Source: Penicillus capitatus
Taxonomy: Eukaryota > Plantae > Chlorophyta
Assembly: GCA_965649825.1 (NCBI GenBank)
Contig: OZ287695.1
Coordinates: 2,221,288 to 2,285,287, forward strand
DNA length: 64,000 nt
Direction of reading: 5' to 3'
The position numbers and the translations under genes are program-made. Each line of letters opens with the position of its first letter. Within the stretch, counting starts at the first letter, position 1. Below, in pieces: positions 25,179 to 35,521 of this stretch. The notes beneath the pieces were generated by a model, which saw only the letters and a list, made by a program, of their open reading frames with translations, did not search any database and was not told where the DNA came from.

Positions 25179-26168
25179 CTATTCCTCTTTGAACGGCGTG
25201 AACTTATCAACCAAATACGCGTAGGCATCAGAGGTGCAGACCTTCTCCCATGTTGGTGCCACATAGGGTTCCACTCTTATGGCAACCTGTTTGTAAACTG
25301 CTGTTGTTTGGAGATACTCTACTGCCGTCATCACTCCTTCGCTGAATCTGGCATAGTAACCAGTCCTTACAACCGCGTCAACAGAAGAACTGGCCGTTCT
25401 GGTTGCTGAATCTACTGGTCCAGACATTGCCGCACCTACAAACGCATACAACTACTCATGAGAGCCACCCTCATACTAGGCAGACAGGTTGGCACCTGCT
25501 TTCTGCGCCATGGATGCAATAACGGCTAACCAATGACCGATAATTGGCTGGACATCGTTATTGTAGTAGGAGCTTAAGTTCTGGACCAGCGAAGAGTTTT
25601 TTGCAACATTCACCCATTTCTGCACACCAGGCGTGCGCCACACTACACAGAGAGACGTCAGTTGCCGAAGCATATAGGTCCGTCGTTGCCGTACCTTGCA
25701 ATAAGGACTCTAAAGCAGCGATGAAGATAGCATACAGGACGACGACCGTCCCCACCAAAACACCGTGATTCTGCCAGGTCTCTGAGATACGAGCCGCAAT
25801 TGCTGACCAAAACTGGCGGACAGTCGTATATCGCTCGTAAGCACCATACGCTTCAAGTTGACTCCCCATCCATTCCGCCGATGCAACGACCTGTCCATCG
25901 TCGCGGCTCGAAGTTGTCAGCAGACGAGAGAGGGCCAGCTCACTTGTTGGTCGGCTGCCGTCAGTATCATCTTGCCAACGTCGCTTGACCACAGACGCAA
26001 TGTCGAGTAGACCACAGCCACACCTTCTTCGGATTTCGCTACGAAGGGAATGCATACAGACGGGACATGCTTGCGCACAATCCCATAGAGGTTCCAGCAC
26101 AAATCACTCATTTGCTGTTCCACAGTGGAAAAGAAAGTGCTGATGAACGCCAAATACTGCAACGCCAT
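25179..26168 (-). CDS. MLDP: Major lipid droplet protein (MLDP)-like
   Basis: MALQYLAFIST...VRKHVPSVCIPFVAKSEE...GKMILTAADQQ and the C-terminal TTAVYKQVAIRVEPYVAPTWEKVCTSDAYAYLVDKFTP follow the Chlamydomonas MLDP pattern as recalled (LKHLEFV..., YVPAVAQPYIAKAEE..., VQPVADPALDKVSKS). Confidence 0.7.
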
Positions 26169-26445
26169 TGTTTTCTCTGGCAAACTGATAAAAACGCGGG
26201 AGATGGATGGACGGATGCTTGTCCTGTCATTGCCTGGTCGCATCAAATGACCGTCCAATTACATTTGGTGTATCATGGCTGGCTCTCTTTTCGACTCGAC
26301 GAACGATCCGTTTATGGGCTACGGCCTCTACATCTATGCTTTACTGAGCATTCACGTCTGTGCGTTTCTCTATTGGGTGTATCTCCTTACGCTCAAACAA
26401 AAGCCAGTCGCACTCAAGCCTCCAGAACACCAAGACTGAGAAACA

Positions 26446-26721
26446 ATGAGCGATGACGTGTTGTTATCCGGCGAAGTGGTGACCGAGAACACGTCTTGGA
26501 GTTTTCCCTTTCGTTTTTTCATCGGCCTCTTAGCACTAGTCCATCTCTGTGCTTTTCTGTATTGGCTCTATCTTTTGTGGGTCGCTCGACGTGAATCTGG
26601 TTCCAAGTTGACAGCAAATCGAAGTAGCTGGGATCGGTTGGATGGAGGCAAGTTCGAGATGAAGATTCCGCATCGTTTCCTAAGGATACCGGGATTGGGA
26701 AAGAAGAAGTATACACATTGA
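26446..26721 (+). CDS. Small (91 aa) single-TM hypothetical protein
   Basis: ATG-started intronless ORF with a hydrophobic helix (FFIGLLALVHLCAFLYWLYLLW) and a basic C-terminus. Confidence 0.55.
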   Translation: MSDDVLLSGEVVTENTSWSFPFRFFIGLLALVHLCAFLYWLYLLWVARRESGSKLTANRSSWDRLDGGKFEMKIPHRFLRIPGLGKKKYTH

Positions 26722-26795
26722 TGTCTCCCATTTCCTGCATTGCACTCTTTGTCAATCGCCGATGTATCTCCTTCGGAAAGAGGAATAGACACTAT

Positions 26796-27110
26796 CTATG
26801 AACACGTGGAGGTTGTAGTTAACGCCTTCGGATCCGATGCTTTGTCTATTGCTCCAATACGATCCACCCAACGATGCCTCTGTCTTACATCGTCCTAGCC
26901 TTCCTGTATGGAGTGCGTTCTGCGAGAAATCGACAAAGGGATGATATATCTGACGTCGTTGTGCCCCAAAAATGCTGTCTCTGAACGTATGATGTGCATT
27001 TCTGCGATGATCTCAGTCACAACGGATGCGACGATGCTTCCTGGTAATTGAAAAAGTGCTTTTCTGAATGTAAGGATGACCTGAACGAGGTCATCGGGTG
27101 CTGTCAATAT
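26796..27110 (-). CDS. Orphan 3' exons of an unidentified gene
   Basis: An acceptor precedes ILTAPDDLVQVILTFRKALFQLPGSIVASVVTEIIAEMHIIRSETAFLGHN; after a GT-AG intron comes DDVRQRHRWVDRIGAIDKASDPKALTTTSTCS*. No local ATG. Confidence 0.3.
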
Positions 27111-27824
27111 CTTAACAATCCGTCAAACGCGACAAAAAAGAGGTACGTTTGCTTTTAAGAAAGGAGTAATCGCACAACTCGCAACCCGAGTGACCAAAGA
27201 ACTCGTTCATTCGTCCCATTTAGAGATATTCAAGCCCTCAAGTGAGTAAGTACTACTCGTTTCGTGCGGACAGACTAGATCGTGAAGAAAATAGAGAAGT
27301 CCATTGACAATGCAGCGTGAAGATGTCGTGCCACTTTTCGATGATAGTAGCTGCTTGCGCCCCTTGTGTTGTGTGCGACGATTGTTGGAGTGAAGATGTC
27401 TATTTTATTAACAGTACATCGTCGCAAACGCCTGAAAAAATCTCAAGCTGCTGTCAATAAGAGTCCCGTGTGTGAAGTATGGCGGCGATGGAACTCGACG
27501 TTGATGGCACTGTCCGCATGATGTTATAAATTGCGTTTAGCAAAGCGACGTTCATTTGTGAATATGGATAAGTGCGCGCCTCCTTCCGAACCTCTCGGCC
27601 TTTGCGCCGTTCTCCCACAAGGTCTCACACTTTCCTGCCGACTGTCTAGAAGATTCCCCTGTGCAGGACGAGCTCGACGCAGTCATCCTCGGTCAGTTTG
27701 GCCAGTTGACCATGGACGACAAAGAGCAGCACCCTCGACATGTCTCTCTCTCTAATTGTGATTTTACATGGGGTTCACACTGAGGTATATCCCATGGTTC
27801 TTAGTGACTACCCAGAAGGAAAAA

Positions 27825-28560
27825 TCAGGTAATTTTGGATACTGCCAGGAAATTGTCAAGTTGCAAAAGGTAGTTAAGTGACAGTGTTTGGGGAAAATTT
27901 TCAGACCCAATTGTCTTTTTCCTAAGGGAGGTCAATTGCGGGCAGCTAAGAAGATGTTCGCGCGTTTCTTCTTGTTCACATCCAAACCGACAGCATAACG
28001 AGGTGCTTTCTTCTAGGCAGTGAAAGCGTGCTAGGTATGTCTTCATGGGAAAGTGTCCTGAAAACCCTCGACATGTCGCCCGACTTATAACGGTAAGTCC
28101 TTCTCCTGCGTTCACAACGAACAGTGTTTTGTGCATTTGAAGAAATGGTTGAAGAAGACGTTGACGGACATCCAGTACTATGTGGACGAGCAGACGGTGC
28201 GAAGAGTAGAAGTGCCTCGGGATGCCTCGAAAGTACGAAGCCTTCCGCCTCGCCACCGTCGAGGCAGAGCCGCGACCGCAGAACCGTATGCACACGTCGC
28301 CACGCCTGTACGCGACAGTTACAGTTGAGAGGTCGAGGCCCACAGTACAGTAGGCAATCGAAGTGTACCGACAATGTGAATCGGAGAACAGACAAGCCAA
28401 GAGAACTCGGGTACATTCAGAGAAGGACGCGGAAGACAAGGAAATGCCATAGAAGGATGGCTTCTGCGCAATGAAAAGTCGGGTCGATGTGTTGCGAGGC
28501 GACATTCGGACAGCTGTCGCCGAGCGATGTGACACTGCCTTGTTCTGCGGGGGTCAGCCG
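27825..28560 (-). mobile_element. Degenerate non-LTR retrotransposon (LINE) ORF2 3' remnant: RNase H-like plus CCHC
   Basis: Frameshifted RNase H-like motifs (FHCAEAILL; CLFSDSH) and the terminal GHFPMKTYLARF...CRFGCEQEETREHLLSCPQLTSLR zinc knuckle typical of LINE ORF2 C-termini. Confidence 0.65.
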
Positions 28561-29061
28561 TGCGAGGGGACGCTGCCTGTCTTGTCAACTGCGTCTTGGG
28601 ACGTCTTTCTCTGGCCCTGAACACGAGCTGACTCACCATTCTAGAAGGGTTACGTCACCATGCGAGTATATAATAAACAGTTTGAACCTTATATCACCTT
28701 CTCCGAACACTGTAACAAGTCTTCCACTGTTATCGTTTGGCGCGGCACTTCCGCGGTGACAACAGCGTCACTACCACGAAGTCGAAGAAGGAAGAAGAAC
28801 TGAGGAAGATGATATCATGACATAAAGCATGACGCAATTATAACGTCATGCTAGAAAACCATATAAAGGGGGTGTTTAAGACAATCGATATCCTTTGAAA
28901 ACAAACGTCTGTCTACTTTAACCTCTTCGATATTTGCGCGTATCAACAGCAACATCACAGTTCATCCAGGACCTTGAGAAAGAAGCAATCGCAGAAGGGC
29001 TGGATAGTTTCATTTCATCTCTTAAGGCGATGAAACAAGAGCTTATTAAGAAGATAGATAC

Positions 29062-29269
29062 TGTCATGATGATGAAGCGCCGAAGGATGATTATCCAAGA
29101 ACTGCCTCATCATCATAAGAGGCACTCCTGGCCAACAGCACTTAATGGCCACGTCGTCCCATCAAAACCTAGCACACGTCACATCAAAACCCTAGCCTAT
29201 AAAACGAGGATTATTGTCACATTCATTGTCTTTGTAAGAAACCTTGTTGCGTCTTCCACCGTCACGTAC
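29062..29269 (+). repeat. LTR copy a (lacks the last about 13 nt of U5)
   Basis: Starts TGTCATGATGATGAAGCGCCG; nearly collinear with the 3' LTR; ends ...CCGTCACGTAC directly against LTR b. Confidence 0.9.
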
Positions 29270-29506
29270 TGTCATGATGATGAAGAGCTGAAGGATGATG
29301 GTCCAATAAATGTCTCGTCATCGTAAGAGGCACTGATGGCCAAGTAGCTATTAATGGCCACGTCACATCAGAACCTACCCAGAACCTACCCGGCACCTAC
29401 TCAGCACCTATGAAACCCAACACTATAAAAAGGGGATTATTGTCACATTGATTATCTTTGTAAGAAACCTTGTTGCGTCTTCCACCGTCAGTACTTGCCC
29501 GTGTCA
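29270..29506 (+). repeat. LTR copy b (divergent U3, full U5, followed by the PBS)
   Basis: TGTCATGATGATGAAGAGCTG...GTACTTGCCCGTGTCA; contains a local about 11-nt tandem amplification (AGAACCTACCC/GGCACCTAC) absent from the other copies. Confidence 0.9.
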
Positions 29507-29508
29507 AA

Positions 29509-31296
29509 ATGGTTTCGGAGCTGCGACTTTCGAAGATGAACTGTGAGGAGTTCACGTCCCTTCCCAACTCGGCAGCCTTCGTCGAGGGCGATTACCGCCC
29601 TCAGATCAAGTACGTGGTCCAGAGAGTGGAGCCCAGATCCCCTGCCTTCGATCTGCTACAGCGAGTCGAACCGAACTTTCGAACGCAGGCAGCATTCAAT
29701 CAGGCCTTTGCCGGACCCGCGGCGTCAGTTCGCACGATCTTCGCCAACGAGGTTTTGCGCCTAAGGACGGAGGACAAGTGGCAGGTCATCAAAGATCTCG
29801 TGGCTCGAGAATGTCCTGCGACGTCACTTTCCGCAGAGGAGCAGTTAGGCAGAATGATGAAGTCAAAAGGAGAGACTTGGTTGGACTTCGTAGTTCGCTA
29901 TTGTGCCACCTGTGTGTCGACGACGGCTTCACGGGAGACACAAGTCAAAACGCTATACAGGAAGATCCCGACCAATCTCCGGAGACTGATACTTTCACTG
30001 CCATCGACTGCCACCGTGACGGACATGACCACTGTCCTCAGGAATGCGAGCTTCTGGGAATCGAGCATGTTGACGCGAACGGATACAGATCATGATGCTA
30101 CTGACCCCGAGCTGGCGACGACGCCACAGGTCAACGTTGCCACCGACGGAAGAGTGATCGGCAACGACGGCTCGATCAACTTTTCAGCGATCACAACTGC
30201 GGGAAGAGTCATGTTCGGAGCCCGAGAGATCTGTAGAACCTCCCGACGAGAGGCGCTCAACATGCTGAACTTCTTACAAACGATCTGCAATTCGAGCACT
30301 ACATCGACAGGCCGACGAAGACCAGGAAGCCAGTCGAGGAAATGGAATGGGCGTCGTGCCTTCGCCGCAGAGAAGTCTCTGCCGAAAGGAAACGAAGCAC
30401 ACGTCTGCGAGACCATTAGCGAGACAGAAGAAGACCTAACGGAACAGGGTGTGCAGTTCGCACACACCGTTAGAGCGGTCACCAAGACCAGGAGAGTTTT
30501 AAAACTTGGTCTCATCTCCCAGAGCCATTTAGGATATCCACGCCATATTGACGCTTTAGTCGATACTGGCGCCGAGTCCTCCATTGTATCCCTGGCACTA
30601 GCGAAGGAACTGGGAGTAAAGATTAGGCCAGACGAGACCCGTCTGCTGTTGGCCCATGGAGAGACCGCGAAGGTCACCGGAAGATGCGACTTCCAGGTAA
30701 CTCTGGCGCAATCCTCCGATCAGCACTTCTCCATGAGTTGCCTCGTACTACCGAGACCTGGCTATGATCTGCTGTTGGGTATGGACGCGATGATTGACAA
30801 TAAGATCTCCGCGCACCCCCACGACAGATCCATCAGCATAGGAGGACGACAGGTCAAATGCCTTTTCGCAGGACCAAAGGCCGACAAGAGTGCGGCCAAT
30901 GAGATCGTGCATGAAGAGATATGCCGCTTCACCGAAAAAGTCGAACACCTACCGAGAATCACCGAGGAACGGCTGCAGGTGCCGTTGAACCGGTCAATCG
31001 TACTCGGACCACGAGAGAGCAAGATGCTCAAGACGCCGATCGTGCTCCCAGGCGCACTCGTGTACAAGAGGGTTCCCACTGTGGCGCCGCGATTCTCGGT
31101 ACACCTCGGTGTGCAGTACCACACGTTCTCAACGCTGACGCTCACCAACCATGCCGCGGAACCAGTGAAGATTACTGGAAGAACGACGATCTTCGAAGTG
31201 CCTGCAAGACAAGGCATTAACTATACCGCGTGCGATTGCAACGGAAAGCAACATCCGTTAAGAAGCAACCGGCGATCTTTTCCCAAGCGGCAGTAG
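29509..31296 (+). CDS. gag-pro: Retrotransposon gag-protease ORF with a dUTPase-like spacer
   Basis: Gag-like region (RMMKSKGETWLDFVVRY) and aspartic protease IDALVDTGAESSIVS...YDLLLGMD. Confidence 0.85.
   Translation: MVSELRLSKMNCEEFTSLPNSAAFVEGDYRPQIKYVVQRVEPRSPAFDLLQRVEPNFRTQAAFNQAFAGPAASVRTIFANEVLRLRTEDKWQVIKDLVARECPATSLSAEEQLGRMMKSKGETWLDFVVRYCATCVSTTASRETQVKTLYRKIPTNLRRLILSLPSTATVTDMTTVLRNASFWESSMLTRTDTDHDATDPELATTPQVNVATDGRVIGNDGSINFSAITTAGRVMFGAREICRTSRREALNMLNFLQTICNSSTTSTGRRRPGSQSRKWNGRRAFAAEKSLPKGNEAHVCETISETEEDLTEQGVQFAHTVRAVTKTRRVLKLGLISQSHLGYPRHIDALVDTGAESSIVSLALAKELGVKIRPDETRLLLAHGETAKVTGRCDFQVTLAQSSDQHFSMSCLVLPRPGYDLLLGMDAMIDNKISAHPHDRSISIGGRQVKCLFAGPKADKSAANEIVHEEICRFTEKVEHLPRITEERLQVPLNRSIVLGPRESKMLKTPIVLPGALVYKRVPTVAPRFSVHLGVQYHTFSTLTLTNHAAEPVKITGRTTIFEVPARQGINYTACDCNGKQHPLRSNRRSFPKRQ
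29510..29525 (+). promoter_or_regulatory. Primer-binding site, tRNA-iMet-like
   Basis: TGGTTTCGGAGCTGCG lies 3 nt after the LTR end and differs at 2 of 12 positions from the canonical plant TGGTATCAGAGC. Confidence 0.7.
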
Positions 31297-32714
31297 GCTT
31301 GCAGTCAGGCATACTGTCGCAGAAGCCTAAAATTGGCTGCTGCAGTCTCGAACAGCTGCTGGCCCGATTCCCAGACGTACTTTGTGAAAAAATTGGACGT
31401 TTTTCGGGATGGGAGGTCGGCATCCGCGACGTACAAGGGCAACTACATTCGGTCTTTACCAAAGTTCCCTACACGTTCGCTGCTGAAACGACGGCATGCA
31501 GAAACGAGATCGACGCACTCATCGAAGCCGGAGTCGTCAGCCGATTTCACGGAAAACCGAAGCACATCATCCCCTGGTTTTCTGTTCCGAAGAAGAACTC
31601 GCTCGAGCGGCGAGTAGTGCTAGATTTTCGCGGACTCAAAACGCTGACCGCAAGGAGTCCCGCGCTGCCCATGCATCGAGAAGGCGCAGTTCAGAACCTG
31701 TCCGGGATGCGCCACTTTGCGAAGTTTGATTTCCGACACGGATTCTACCAGATTCCTCTGGCACATGGCCTCCAGCCTTATTTTGTCACCGTGTTCGACC
31801 GCAAGCCCTCTGCCTTCACACGACTTCCGATGGGTTGGATCAACTCAATGGCTTTCTTCGACCAAGCTGTGCAAGAAACCATAGCGGAAGCACGAGACCA
31901 GTTAAAGCGGCAGAAGATTCGAGCAGCAATCGAGAGCTATGCCGACGACGTCTGCGTAGGAGCACGGACACAAGAAGATCTCGAGAGAGCAGTTCTCCAA
32001 CTGCTGACGATCTATGACAAATACGGATGGACGGCATCTCCGAAGAAGTGCCAGTACGGTGTTAACGAGGTCGAGTTCCTCGGACATCGTTTCACGCCTC
32101 AAGGCGTTTTGCCCCCCAAAAGCACGCTGCAGAAGTTGCTCGCTGCCGAGCCTCCTCAGACAAAGACTGCAGTCCGCTCGTTTTTGGGGCTCCTTCGCAC
32201 CTTGCTCCACTATTGCAAGTGCGACCTCCGCAGCTTAGCGGCCCTTCAAAGACTCACGAACGCTGAGACCAAAGTCATCCAACAATACTGGGCAGAGGAT
32301 CCTAACCGCTGGGACACCCTCCTCCGCTCTCTCGATCGCATCTGGTATAACCGGCCTGACGCAGTTGGCCGTTCTGTCGATCTCTATGTCGACGCCAGCA
32401 GAGATGGCTTTGGCTACGCATTGTTCGATACAGAGTCTAAACGTCTCCCCCGCCTTGGAGCTGGCGGTTTTCAACGTGAACAATTCCGATCCAGTGGCAA
32501 AGCTGAGCTACTCGGAATGGAAAGGGCACTCAAGGAAATCAGGCACCTGCTCATGGGCAAACACCTCAACATCTTCACTGACGCCACCGTTGTCAAACAA
32601 GCGAGTGGCAGCAGCGACCAGAGCTTCCTCGTGCAGCGTCATCTAGACGCACGCCCTCAACCTCTCTGCAGGAAAGGTAAAGCACGTGGATGGCGTGGCG
32701 AACGTCATCGCTGA
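31230..32714 (+). pseudogene. pol: Retrotransposon RT and RNase H, out of frame with both gag-PR and IN
   Basis: PWFSVPKKNSLERRVVLDFRGL, AKFDFRHGFYQI, FTRLPMGWINS, YADD, EVEFLGH; RNase H YVDAS...AELLG...IFTDA. A 4-nt insertion (GCAC, 32649-32652) breaks the join to ALNLSAGKVKHVDGVANVIADLLSR. Confidence 0.92.
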
Positions 32715-34032
32715 CCTCCTCAGTCGCAGCCCCTGGTGGAGGCACACTCTAGAAGGACCCACGACGACCGAAGCTCCCGCGTTTGCGGCCACCGCACACC
32801 ACCACTCCTGGCCAGTGTGGTACCTACAGATGGAAAACTATCTGAAGACAGGTCGATGTCCCGATGACGCCAACCCCCAGCAGCGGGCGCGTCTTAAGCA
32901 CCGCGCCACCTTTTTCCGCCTACGCCATGAACGCCTGGAATACTCCGCCGACGGATTTCTATGGACGCCTTGCTGTCTCGACAGGAAGGCCATTCCTCAG
33001 TGGCTGGCCCGAGCGCACGAAGATGGCGGACACTACGGCATCCAGACCACAACCCAGAAGTTACAGGAAATGATCTATTTTCCTGACGCCCCCTCTCACG
33101 TAAAAGAGTGGGTCCGCAGCTGTCCCCAGTGCCAGCACCTTGCCCGCCACGACCCACCCGTCGCCCAGTCATTCAATACATGGCAACACATGAACCAATG
33201 CGTAGGTCTGGACGTCATCGGCCCCATGAAGCCTGACGGCTCCGCCAAATATATCATCGCTGCCGTGGACCTATGCACACGATTTTGTCTCCTCTCGGCA
33301 TCCTCGCAAGCCAACGCCACATCCATCATCAAACTGCTCGAGCGCTGGACAGCCCTCTTCGGCAACCCCGATTGTCTGTAGACGGACTACGATTCAGCGT
33401 TCGTAGGCAATCAGGTGTCCAACTGGATGTCGGCCCGAGGAATTCAACGCCGCACCATCCCAACATACCGACCACAGTGCAATGGGACCGTCGAGCGTCT
33501 CAATCAAGAAGTCATCCGCCGCCTACAACGCCTTCAAACTCAAGGCAAGTGGACATCGGCGCTTCCCCAGATTCAGGCAATGCTGAACGCGCATCCGAAC
33601 TCGGTGACCAAACTCAGCGCCGCGCAAACCGCCTTCGGTTATCAACCCCGCACGCACTCTGTTCCCGCGCCATCTACCTCCGCCGCGACACCTTGCTCCG
33701 ACGAACCGCATCCGTTACGACACCGCGACCTTCTCGCAACTCGTTGGACCGCCATCGATCACCAGATGCAGCACCAGCAACAACACCGCATGTCCCAATC
33801 TCACCGTTGCTCCGACCTACCAGTCGGCTCCCAGGTGCTGCTCTTTGACAATCAACGCGCGAAAACGCACGGCAACAAACTTGCTCCGCAATGGCAAGGA
33901 CCGTACACCATCCACGATAAATTTTCTCCCCAGCTCTACCGTCTCGTTTCTTCTTCTTCCAAGAAACCCTTTCTAGCACATCGCGATCATTTACGTTGTT
34001 TTCTCCCTCGGAGTTCAGCGCAGGGAAGCGAT
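32686..34032 (+). pseudogene. int: Retrotransposon integrase with a premature TAG
   Basis: HHCC (AHEDGGHYG...CPQC), DDE core (GLDVIGP; CL*TDYDS; VERLNQE) and GPY motif (WQGPYTI); in-frame TAG at 33379-33381; no chromodomain. Confidence 0.92.
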
Positions 34033-34249
34033 TGTCATGATGATAAAGCGCCGAAGGATGATTATCCAAGAACTGCCTCATCATCATAAGAGGCACGCTT
34101 GGCCAACGGCACTTAATGGCCACGTCACATCAAAACCTACCACACGTCCCATCAAAACTCTTGCCTATAAAACGAGGATTATTGTCGCATTCATTGTCTT
34201 TGTAAGAAACCTTGTTGCGTTTTCCACTGTCACGTACTTGCCCGTGTCA
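34033..34249 (+). repeat. 3' LTR (copy c)
   Basis: TGTCATGATGATAAAGCGCCG...CGTACTTGCCCGTGTCA, preceded by the purine-rich AGGGAAGCGA. Confidence 0.92.
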
Positions 34250-34885
34250 ATGCTCGTTAGACGCTGCCGGTGATTCAGGAGAGGAGTGATCTTTTGCTGT
34301 CGAATAATCTCGCAAACCATCGAGTGTGGTGCTTTCTTCGGCATAGGATTAAGGTTCATGTTACTGCCCACGTTACCATGCGTGTCCCGTCGCGCGTTGG
34401 ATTTCATTTGGCTGTCTGTTGGTGTGGTATTTCAGCCCCGTTTCCAATGACATGACCTTACTGCTGTTGTGTACGACCTTTAACGAAACTGCCGCAGCAA
34501 GACTTATGTTTACTTCTTAATCATTTGAGTTTTCTGTTCTACGCGGGACTTCTGTCGACTCAAGTCATCGGAAACACCATGCTTAGACACTTCGGCATGC
34601 CGGCCTGGCTTTCCTTCTTCGTTTCTCATGGAAATGCGTCGCACTGTCTGTGGGATTCTGAAATCTTCCATCCAGGTCACAGACGCATTAAATCCTTCTC
34701 TGCTTTACTAATGTTTAAAACAGACGCTCAATGGAAAACGGCAATGACGAACCACGTCATTTCCCTTCCTAAAGCTTGAGGTCCTGCTGGATGGAGCTCC
34801 GTTGTCTCCACGGCAGGAACCCACCGTAAAAGACGCACTGGTATAGGAATCTTCTCAAATTCAGGATGATGATGGACTGGTTGCC

Positions 34886-35521
34886 TCAAGGATGACACAG
34901 AATGCTTGTTCTCGTCATCCGTAGATACGGCTTCTTTTCGAAGCTGTTGCTGAGCGTCGACGGCGTCATCGATTTTGGGTCACAGATTGAAAATACTCGA
35001 GATCCTGAAGTGCTAACATGTGTTTTGCACTTCGAAAAGCATTCAAAAGAAAGCGAATGTCTTCTGCAATCTGTCAAGAATGCCTCTGCATATGATGCTC
35101 TTCCTCTGTAAAGCAGCTTTAACCTTTCTGGCAAGTAGTACCCCCCTTACGACATTTCTCGACACTTGCTCTTCTAGCGACGAGATCACTCGAGAGAAGG
35201 ACGATGATCTGGATGCTGTTGCCGAATCGTGCAAAAAGAGTTCCTGCTCGGCCACTGCTGAGTCTGCAGCAGACACCGGTATGTATTCAAGAATAGTTAT
35301 CTGATGGACCGGCCAAGTTTTTTTTACTAGGCGAAGATGAAGTGCTGCAGCTTCTTCGTAGAGTGCTTGTGGTATTTACGTATCAAGTGGAGTTGATCGA
35401 TGATCTCGAAGACACGTGTGTAATTGGACCATTCCGTGCAAGTACAATAGCGCTTAAGGAGTCTGTGCGGCCATACCCATTCCGATCCATGGCGAAGCCG
35501 AACCTGTCGGATCGCCGCCAC
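34886..35521 (-). CDS. Hypothetical multi-exon protein; 3' end unresolved
   Basis: ATG at 35521 (MAAIRQVRL...). Two GT-AG introns give an open chain ...IIDQLHLI|LKKTWPVHQITILEYIPVSAAD...RGVLLARK|IAEDIRFLLNAFRSAKHMLALQDL. Confidence 0.45.

Larger units (their letters stand above)
29062..34249 (+). mobile_element. Ty3/gypsy LTR retrotransposon, decayed, with two tandem 5' LTR copies and one 3' LTR
   Basis: Domain order gag-PR-RT-RNaseH-IN; TG...CA LTRs at 29062, 29270 and 34033; PBS at 29510; purine-rich tract before the 3' LTR; two frameshifts and one nonsense codon; no TSD. Confidence 0.95.

Noticed and set aside
29062-29506. CRISPR-like array, or DIRS-type element with split repeats
   Set aside because: The repeats are about 210-240 nt TG...CA LTRs, and the element encodes a DDE integrase, not a tyrosine recombinase.
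31221-31296. Programmed -1 frameshift between gag-PR and RT
   Set aside because: No X-XXY-YYZ slippery heptamer in the overlap, and the shift falls after PR rather than after gag; probably a mutation.
33379-33381. Programmed readthrough of the TAG in integrase
   Set aside because: It lies inside the catalytic core, fits a CAG-to-TAG transition and accompanies other lesions, so decay is the simpler explanation.
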